A DNA stretch of 9,440 nucleotides from an archaeon (GCA_037147375.1 JBAWVI010000033.1:1-9440), one strand, 5' to 3'; positions 1 to 5,679 are shown, counted from the first letter of the stretch. Program-made: numbers and translations. The notes: generated from the letters alone by a model not told the origin.

Positions 1-64
1 TTAAGATCAACACCTACATTATCCTTTGATTGTATTGTTAAATAAATAATGAAAATTTAAAAAG

Positions 65-265
65 ATGGGAGTTATGAATATTTTTAATAAATTACTTTAC
101 GATAAAAAAGCACAACTCTCTGTTGAATATCTTATAATGATTGTTTTTGGAATGATGCTTGTTATTACTACAGGTATTGTTATTATTAACTTAAGTAGTC
201 TTGTTAGTGTTGCAAAAGCAAAGATATTAACTTATAGAGATAATATACTTTCATCTTTTTTATAA
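65..265 (+). CDS. Short archaeal type IV pilin-like protein (class III signal peptide, DUF361-type)
   Basis: The N-terminus reads ...YDKKA|QLSVEYLIMIVFGMMLVITTGIVII. It has basic residues at -2/-3, Ala at -1, Gln at +1 and Glu at +5, then a hydrophobic helix of about 20 aa. The mature part is only about 50 aa. The ATG at 74 (MNIFNKLLYDKKA|Q) is a plausible alternative start. Confidence 0.7.
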   Translation: MGVMNIFNKLLYDKKAQLSVEYLIMIVFGMMLVITTGIVIINLSSLVSVAKAKILTYRDNILSSFL

Positions 266-273
266 GCTTAAAT

Positions 274-287
274 ACACTAATTAGTGT
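274..287 (+). promoter_or_regulatory. Perfect 14-nt palindrome ACACTAATTAGTGT between the short pilin gene and the peptidase gene (possible intercistronic hairpin)
   Basis: Read directly. It lies 9 nt after the TAA at 263-265 and directly abuts the GGAG (288-291) upstream of the ATG at 300. As RNA it can form a 5-bp stem with an AAUU loop. Confidence 0.35.
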
Positions 288-299
288 GGAGTAAACCCT

Positions 300-1433
300 A
301 TGTTTAATTTTGCATTATATTCTTTTTTAGTTACTTCTCTTTTTCTAATTATCTTTTGTGTATTTGATCTAAAATATAGAGAAATACCAAATTATCTTGT
401 TTTTTTATTTTTTGGAATTGGTTTAGTATCAAGCATAACTATTAGTTTTTGGTTATGGAACTTTTCTTATATCTTAAATTCATTAATATCTATTGCAATA
501 ACTTTTATTATAACATTTATACTTTGGGAACTAGGTTTATTTGCTGGAGGAGATTTAAAGGTGTTTGTAGGCATCTCTGCATTAAACCCATTAAACCTCA
601 ACTTCTTAGGATCTGTGCTAACGTTTGGAGTAATTAAGCAACCAATTTTTGGAATAACCTTAATCATAGCAAGCATATTGTGTACTTTGCCATATATTCT
701 ACTATTTTCAACCTATAAGATAATTACAAAAAACTATTTTAAATATTTATTCGTAACTTATTTTTCTAAGAACAATCTAATTGCAATTTTCAATGCAATA
801 ATTATATTATTTTTAATAACTTCTTTTATGAATGTTTTCTCACTTAAAACCCCGGTAATTTTAATTTTATTATTATCTTTAGTTCTAATATTTTTGTTTT
901 CAAACATATTAATTTATAGTAAAAAAACATTTTATTTATCTATTAGTTCTTTATATCTTATTTTTATTGTTTGTGTTTGGCTTTCAACTACCCCACTAAA
1001 AACAATTTTTATTTTTTCAGATTTTCTTTCAATAATTATAGCTGTATTAATAATTTACTTATTAATTATGTTATATAAATTTACAAAAGAAAAAATACTT
1101 GTACAAGATTCTAAAATTACAGATCTAAAAGAAGGAGATGTGACTTATTATAATTATTACTTAGTAGATAAGAAGGTAATACAAAAAAAAAGTACTTTTT
1201 TCTCAGCAATTAAAGATATGTTGAGCGGGAATTACTATAAAGACCAAATAATTGATTCTAGAAAAGCAGGTGGCTTAAATAAGAAAGAAGTTACCTTTTT
1301 AAATGATTCATATTATAATAAATTAATAAGTAATACTATAAAAATAAAAGTAACCATTGCATTCACCCCATCAGTATTAATTGCATATATCTTGCTTAAT
1401 ATTTTTGGAGATGTAATTTGGTTAATATTTTAA
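300..1433 (+). CDS. A24-family aspartic prepilin/preflagellin peptidase (EppA/FlaK/PibD-like) with a long C-terminal extension
   Basis: The first catalytic motif is FDLKYREIPN (Asp23, codon 366-368). The second is AGGDLKVF (GxGDxK type, Asp85, codon 552-554). The spacing resembles that of characterised archaeal enzymes. The protein is polytopic. A GGAG sits about 10 nt upstream of the ATG. The gene lies among prepilin genes. Confidence 0.85.
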   Translation: MFNFALYSFLVTSLFLIIFCVFDLKYREIPNYLVFLFFGIGLVSSITISFWLWNFSYILNSLISIAITFIITFILWELGLFAGGDLKVFVGISALNPLNLNFLGSVLTFGVIKQPIFGITLIIASILCTLPYILLFSTYKIITKNYFKYLFVTYFSKNNLIAIFNAIIILFLITSFMNVFSLKTPVILILLLSLVLIFLFSNILIYSKKTFYLSISSLYLIFIVCVWLSTTPLKTIFIFSDFLSIIIAVLIIYLLIMLYKFTKEKILVQDSKITDLKEGDVTYYNYYLVDKKVIQKKSTFFSAIKDMLSGNYYKDQIIDSRKAGGLNKKEVTFLNDSYYNKLISNTIKIKVTIAFTPSVLIAYILLNIFGDVIWLIF

Positions 1434-1445
1434 ATGTGAAAGATT

Positions 1446-1907
1446 ATGACTTTAAGTAGAAAAGGACAAATTGCAATTGAATATATAATTTTCATAGCTA
1501 TCTTTTTATTGTTTTTTCAAGCAATGGTTAAACCATCAATTGATTTTGCAGAATATGTAATTAATGATGTTCAATCTGTTGCAGTAACACAAGAAAACAT
1601 AAGTAAGTTAGCAAATAATATTAGTTCTTTTGCATCATCTATGGGTACAGGTAGTGTTACAATGAACTTCTATTTACCTAGAACTGCAATTTTAAAAAGT
1701 TGTAATTCAAATGAAATAGCTTATGAAGTTGAAATATCTAATATTAATCCAAAACCAGTTGGTTGTCCAGGAAGTATTTGTAAATTCACAAAGGATATAT
1801 TTATTGGTGGTAATGCAATTAACTGTGATGTTATTGGCCCAGGGTTTACTGGGGTATTAGTTATTGAAAAAAGCGATACAGGAGCTTTCGATGTTTCAAT
1901 CCAATAA
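1446..1907 (+). CDS. Archaeal type IV pilin-like protein (class III signal peptide) with a Cys-containing globular domain
   Basis: The leader is MTLSRKG|QIAIEYIIFIAIFLLFF: 7 aa, Gly at -1, Gln at +1, Glu at +5, then a hydrophobic helix. The C-terminal part of about 100 aa looks beta-rich. It has 4 Cys (86, 107, 112, 127) and two N-x-S sequons. Confidence 0.75.
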   Translation: MTLSRKGQIAIEYIIFIAIFLLFFQAMVKPSIDFAEYVINDVQSVAVTQENISKLANNISSFASSMGTGSVTMNFYLPRTAILKSCNSNEIAYEVEISNINPKPVGCPGSICKFTKDIFIGGNAINCDVIGPGFTGVLVIEKSDTGAFDVSIQ

Positions 1908-2244
1908 AGCACAAACAAGTATAGAATTTATTATTCTTGTAGCGATCTTATTATTAATAGGATTTTACTTTATTGGTGCAATCTATAAAACATTTGATAG
2001 TACTTACGCAGTTTATACTATTAAAAACAGAACCTTACAATTACTTTCAGAAAACGATAGTGAATACGTTTTATCTAAAATTAATTATCAAATAAATAGT
2101 TCTGATATTAATCTAACTTTATATCTTATTGATTCGAATTCAAATAGTTTTGATTTAAACGAATCATATTATGCAAACGATATAACAGATATACAAGGTA
2201 GAACTAATTTTAGTAATGTGGGGCTTGTTTTTAGGTATATTTAA
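1891..2244 (+). CDS. Archaeal type IV pilin-like protein (class III signal peptide), rich in N-glycosylation sequons
   Basis: Starting at the ATG at 1891 gives MFQSNKA|QTSIEFIILVAILLLIGF. This is a 7-aa leader and an exact Q-x-S-x-E-x-x-x-L motif. The longer ORF from 1864 would give an atypical 16-aa leader. The gene overlaps the previous gene by 17 nt out of frame. The mature part carries six N-x-S/T sequons (NRT, NDS, NSS, NLT, NES, NFS). Confidence 0.7.
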   Translation: MFQSNKAQTSIEFIILVAILLLIGFYFIGAIYKTFDSTYAVYTIKNRTLQLLSENDSEYVLSKINYQINSSDINLTLYLIDSNSNSFDLNESYYANDITDIQGRTNFSNVGLVFRYI

Positions 2245-2260
2245 TTGGGTGTGATTATAA

Positions 2261-2827
2261 ATGATTGATAAAAACATAGTGTATATTGAAATTATCTTTT
2301 TATTAGGTGTTTTATTAAACGTTTTTGTGCCTCGCAATATATTTTTAAAGATTTTAATTGTAATTGTATTATTTTTATTTGTAATTAAAGAGATTGATGA
2401 TTATAAATACATTAAACAAAAGTATTTGTATGTTGGGTATGGTTTTGTTGTACTATTAATTTTATTTATTATTACAGAATATATAATTAATATTTACTAC
2501 ATTGCAGCATTAATTTGCTTAGTTGTTATTTATTTATATTTATTCAAAGTTTTATTTAATACAACCTATGGTAAAGTAATTAAGGTTAGTAAAGGGAAAG
2601 TAAGTATACAAGTTTGCGATCCTTTTTATAAGACAAAGAAAGAGCTTGATTTAAGTTATTCTGGAAAAATAAAAAAAGAAGATCTTGTAATACTTGAATT
2701 AACTAAGTTTCCAATAAATAAAAAAATAACTAGAATAATTAAAGTTATTTCTGAGGAAAAAGAAGAAGCTATAGAAATTAAAAAACCAGAAGTAAAAACC
2801 ACTAAAAAAGTGAAGAAAAAGAAATGA
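2261..2827 (+). CDS. Hypothetical 4-TM membrane protein with a small C-terminal beta-rich domain and a Lys-rich tail
   Basis: There are four hydrophobic segments (about aa 6-24, 27-42, 56-72, 76-98). They are followed by YGKVIKVSKGKVSIQV...DLVILEL, a pattern like a small beta-barrel, and then by EEKEEAIEIKKPEVKTTKKVKKKK. A GGGTG sits upstream of the ATG. The stop overlaps the next start (ATGA at 2824-2827). I recognised no confident family. Confidence 0.55.
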   Translation: MIDKNIVYIEIIFLLGVLLNVFVPRNIFLKILIVIVLFLFVIKEIDDYKYIKQKYLYVGYGFVVLLILFIITEYIINIYYIAALICLVVIYLYLFKVLFNTTYGKVIKVSKGKVSIQVCDPFYKTKKELDLSYSGKIKKEDLVILELTKFPINKKITRIIKVISEEKEEAIEIKKPEVKTTKKVKKKK

Positions 2828-3192
2828 ATGAGATTGCATTTAAGAGAATCATAATAATTTCTTCTATAATTGGCTTGATCTTACTTATTATTTATTCCTT
2901 ATTTTTTGTTCCTAAAGAACAAACAATTTATAATCTTTCAAATTTAAAAGAAGGAACAATTATTTCTGTAACAGGGATAATTAAAGATGTATCTGTAAAT
3001 AATAACTTTATTACCTTTAGCTTTTGCGAGAACACAAGTTGCATTCAATCAATACTCTTTAATCCAAGTAGTAAGCAAGCAGATCTAATAACAAAATATA
3101 GTACTACAAAAGAGAGGGTTGTAATTTCTGGGCAATATAAAAAATATATGGATATTCCAGAAATAATTATATACAACATAAAGAAAATATGA
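2824..3192 (+). CDS. Membrane-anchored OB-fold-like protein (single N-terminal TM, domain predicted extracytoplasmic)
   Basis: The N-terminus is MNEIAFKR plus a TM (IIIISSIIGLILLIIYSLFFV). The body is LKEGTIISVTGIIKDVSVNNNFITFSFCENTSCIQSILFN...RVVISGQYKKYMDIPEIIIYNI. This is the alternating strand pattern typical of tRNA-anticodon-type OB folds. ATGA overlaps occur at both ends (2824-2827 and 3189-3192). Confidence 0.55.
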   Translation: MNEIAFKRIIIISSIIGLILLIIYSLFFVPKEQTIYNLSNLKEGTIISVTGIIKDVSVNNNFITFSFCENTSCIQSILFNPSSKQADLITKYSTTKERVVISGQYKKYMDIPEIIIYNIKKI

Positions 3193-4373
3193 TTTTAATT
3201 GAAATACTTATTGGTGTCTTGCTTGGTTTTGTAATTGGATTAATCCCAAGTATGCACATAAATACAATTTCCTATTTTTTTATATTTATTGGAGGATATG
3301 AGCTTTTATATAATAATTCTTATTTTTTTATATCTCTTGCGGTATCTCAATTAATAACAAGTTATATTTCTATTTCTGCTTTTGGGGTTCCAAATGATTC
3401 TACTATTATGCATTTATTTCCACTTCAAAGATTATCTAAAGAAGGAAAACTGAAAAAGGGTGTGTATTTGTGTTTAGTTGGTTCTTTTTTTGGAGGTGTT
3501 TTTTCATTATTACTTTTTCCTGTACTTTATTTATTATTTAGTACATTATTTGATTTTAATTTGTTTATTTATGGGTTGATTATTTTAATTTTAATAATGT
3601 TTGTGATCTTAGAAAAAACATTTAAAAAAAGATTTGCAATTATTTCAATAATTTTGCTTTCTGGTGTTCTTGGAATCTTTACACTTAAATATAATTATTA
3701 CATTTCAGAACCTTTAATGATTTGTGTTGTTGGTTTATTTGCGTTTCCATTTATATTAGAATCAATTTTTTCTAAAACTAAATTTATTAAGCAAAAGGAT
3801 TGCGACGTGGAACTTAATTTTAAAGAAACAAGCATCTCTTCTTTTCTAGGAACTGTTGGATCTTTATTTATGATACTTATTCCCTCATTTAGTTCATCTC
3901 AAGCATCATTGTTAATATCTAAAATTAAAAAACAGATAGATACTGATGAATATTTAATTATTTTTTCAAGTGTTGCAATAAGTGCTTTATTTTTTTCATT
4001 TTTTCTTGCAATTAATTTTTATAAGCCAAGGCTTGGGTACATAGCAATTCTTTTATCAAATAATATCATTGGAAATAGTGTTTCTAATTTTAGTTTAGGA
4101 TTAACTTTATTTTTATCACTTTGTTTATCTATACTCTTAGTATCTATGTTTTACAAAAAGATAATTGATTTTATTTCAAGATTAAATTTAAGGCTTATTA
4201 ATATATCTTTAATTGTTTTTATTTTTATCTTAATTATTATGTTGTTTGGAATAAAAGCAGTTCCTTTGTTAATATTATCAACCTTGATTGGGTTTCTTCC
4301 TCTTGTTTTTGGAGTTGATAGAGTTATCTTAATGAGTTATATTATGATTCCAACCATTTTATTTTATATTTGA
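3189..4373 (+). CDS. Polytopic membrane protein, TctA/DUF112 (COG1784)-like putative transporter subunit
   Basis: The 394-aa protein has roughly ten hydrophobic segments. The N-terminal GLIPSMHINT resembles the GL-PG-H-NT motif I recall in archaeal DUF112 proteins. LCLVGSFFGGVFSLLLF resembles the TctA GSFxGG segment, which follows a charged loop (LSKEGKLKKG). The family assignment is from memory of motifs only. Confidence 0.55.
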   Translation: MILIEILIGVLLGFVIGLIPSMHINTISYFFIFIGGYELLYNNSYFFISLAVSQLITSYISISAFGVPNDSTIMHLFPLQRLSKEGKLKKGVYLCLVGSFFGGVFSLLLFPVLYLLFSTLFDFNLFIYGLIILILIMFVILEKTFKKRFAIISIILLSGVLGIFTLKYNYYISEPLMICVVGLFAFPFILESIFSKTKFIKQKDCDVELNFKETSISSFLGTVGSLFMILIPSFSSSQASLLISKIKKQIDTDEYLIIFSSVAISALFFSFFLAINFYKPRLGYIAILLSNNIIGNSVSNFSLGLTLFLSLCLSILLVSMFYKKIIDFISRLNLRLINISLIVFIFILIIMLFGIKAVPLLILSTLIGFLPLVFGVDRVILMSYIMIPTILFYI

Positions 4374-5144
4374 TTTTCTTGCAGCGAAATTAAACATCCA
4401 ACTAATTATCCAGGATTTTAATAACCAAACAAGGAATTTATTTTTAAATCCAGGTATGTACACACAACTTCTTTTTTCTATCTTCTTAAGAGATCTTTTT
4501 ACAACCCTATCTACCTTCATCCAAAATATATTTGGAACAAATGTTGCATCATAATTTTTAAAGAAATCAGTTTTAGTAAACCCAGGACATAAGGCTTGAA
4601 TGTGCACATTAAAATTATTAACCTTCATCTCATCAATTAATGTTTCAGTAAATATTCTTATATATGCTTTAGTTGAATTATAGATTGCATTACTTTTACT
4701 TGTTGTTATAAAAGATGCAATGGATGATACATTAATTATGTACCCTTTCTTGTTTTTAATCATTATAGGTAATATAGCTCCAGTTAATTGAGTTGTTGCA
4801 AATACATGAACAAATATTTCTTCTCTTGCAATTTCTTGATCCATTTCATAAAAGTATTTTTGAGTACTAAAACCAGCACAGTTAATTAGATATTCAATAT
4901 TTTTAATTTTAGAAATTTCAATAATGATTCTTTTAATTTCAAGTTCTTTTGATAAATCGCAAGGATGTGATATGCACTTAACCTTATATTTTTCTTGAAT
5001 GTTTTTAGATATCTTTTCAAGTTCTTCCTTTCTTCTAGCAATAAGCACAATATTATATCCTTTCTTTGCAAGCTGATTTGCAAACTCAAGCCCAATTCCA
5101 CTTGATGCCCCTGTAACTATTGCATAATTATTGTTCATATCCAT
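4359..5144 (-). CDS. Classical short-chain dehydrogenase/reductase (SDR) of unknown specificity
   Basis: Motifs present: TGASSGIG (TGxxxGxG), NCAG, the NVSS serine, YNSTK (YxxxK) and CPG. The C-terminal tail is hydrophobic or amphipathic (FLVWLLKSWIISWMFNF). The maximal ORF reaches 5171. Starts at 5144 (MDMNNNYAIVTG) or 5138 (MNNNYAIVTG) fit the usual SDR N-terminal length better. Confidence 0.9.
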   Translation of the reverse strand: MDMNNNYAIVTGASSGIGLEFANQLAKKGYNIVLIARRKEELEKISKNIQEKYKVKCISHPCDLSKELEIKRIIIEISKIKNIEYLINCAGFSTQKYFYEMDQEIAREEIFVHVFATTQLTGAILPIMIKNKKGYIINVSSIASFITTSKSNAIYNSTKAYIRIFTETLIDEMKVNNFNVHIQALCPGFTKTDFFKNYDATFVPNIFWMKVDRVVKRSLKKIEKRSCVYIPGFKNKFLVWLLKSWIISWMFNFAARKSNIK

Positions 5145-5209
5145 CCCTTCTTCAATTATTCTAATTATCAAACAGTTTAATAATTATTTTGTTTTGTATA
5201 TTAATTGTT

Positions 5210-5614
5210 ATGAGTATTAAAACTTCAAATTGGAAAATAAATCAAGAGGTTCTAGAATCCATAATGGAATTTTCTAAAAGCTTTTTTCCTCTGGAATTTT
5301 CTGGACTTCTTTATTGTGATATAGATAAACAAATAATTACAGATATATATATTCTTCCTGGAACACATAGTGGAAGAACAAGTGCTGTTCTTCGTATGGA
5401 TCTTGCACCAATGACCTTTAATTTAGCTGGCTCAGTTCATTCTCATCCATCAGGACAGGGAAACGCATCAGACGCTGATCTTAACTTCTTTTCAGGAAAG
5501 CAAATAAACATAATTGCATATCCTCCTTTCTCTCAAGAATCCTATAAAGCATACAATAAGCAAGGAGAGTTAGTTGAAATTAAGGTAATTTCTAAAGAAA
5601 AAACTAAGATTTAA
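5210..5614 (+). CDS. Stand-alone JAMM/MPN+ (Mov34) zinc metalloprotease
   Basis: The JAMM motif H-x-H-x7-S-x2-D is complete, read as HSHPSGQGNASDAD (nt 5438-5479). The upstream Glu lies in FPLEFSGLL. The size is about 134 aa from the ATG at 5210. The ORF extends to 5189, but that start adds a hydrophobic MFCILIV prefix and nearly abuts the divergent SDR gene. Confidence 0.85.
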   Translation: MSIKTSNWKINQEVLESIMEFSKSFFPLEFSGLLYCDIDKQIITDIYILPGTHSGRTSAVLRMDLAPMTFNLAGSVHSHPSGQGNASDADLNFFSGKQINIIAYPPFSQESYKAYNKQGELVEIKVISKEKTKI

Positions 5615-5629
5615 TGATAGTTTTATAAA

Positions 5630-5643
5630 CTTTTCCGGAAAAG
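5630..5643 (+). promoter_or_regulatory. Perfect 14-nt palindrome CTTTTCCGGAAAAG, either a terminator-like hairpin after the JAMM gene or a dimeric-regulator operator upstream of grpE
   Basis: Read directly. It is the only GC-containing island in the AT-rich 141-nt spacer. It has imperfect flanking complementarity (ATAAAC...GGTTTTAT) and is followed by the T-tracts TTTTATTACTTTTG. Confidence 0.35.
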
Positions 5644-5679
5644 GTTTTATTACTTTTGTATTCTATATTAATTTAGTTA

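Noticed and set aside
1-45. Open frame 1 running into the window and ending at the TAA at 43-45 (...LRSTPTLSFDCIVK*), possibly the 3' end of an upstream gene
   Set aside because: Only 14 codons are visible and there is no motif. It cannot be distinguished from non-coding sequence, so it is not reported as a feature.
449-676. ORFs 449-637 (+) and 467-676 (-) inside the peptidase gene
   Set aside because: They lie entirely within the well-supported 300-1433 CDS. Their composition is odd (Cys/Arg/Asn-rich with no motifs). They are typical shadow ORFs in AT-rich DNA.
1183-1201. An A9 run followed by GTAC and T6 (palindrome AAAAAAGTACTTTTTT) inside the peptidase gene. It could be a slip-strand phase-variation site or a hairpin.
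   Set aside because: It encodes an in-frame QKKSTFF. An A/T-only stem is weak, and homopolymers of this length are expected by chance in DNA this AT-rich. It would only be worth revisiting if population data show length variation.
1864-1890. Longer start for the third pilin (MKKAIQELS...), as given in the ORF track
   Set aside because: It would give a 16-aa leader overlapping 44 nt of the previous gene. The ATG at 1891 gives a 7-aa leader identical in length to that of the neighbouring pilin (MTLSRKG|Q), so the shorter model was preferred. This remains unproven.
1721-1918. 65-aa ORF on the - strand opposite the 1446-1907 pilin gene
   Set aside because: It is antisense to a gene with a clear class III signal peptide. 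It has no start context or recognisable motif, so it is a shadow ORF.
2261-2300. The N-terminus MIDKN|IVYIE of the 4-TM protein superficially resembles a class III signal peptide, with Glu at +5
   Set aside because: Position -1 is Asn rather than Gly, Ala or Ser, and +1 is not the Gln seen in the three clear prepilins. The protein also has three further TM segments. It is more likely an ordinary first TM helix.
4886-5101. 71-aa ORF on the - strand in an alternative frame of the SDR gene
   Set aside because: It is fully nested in the SDR CDS, whose frame carries all the SDR motifs. Its Leu/Lys-rich translation is an out-of-frame artefact.
5145-5209. AT-only palindromes (for example AATAATTATT) in the divergent SDR/JAMM spacer, considered as possible shared operators
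   Set aside because: They are composed solely of A/T in a background of roughly 70% A+T, so they are expected by chance. The region is probably just a bidirectional TATA-rich promoter region.
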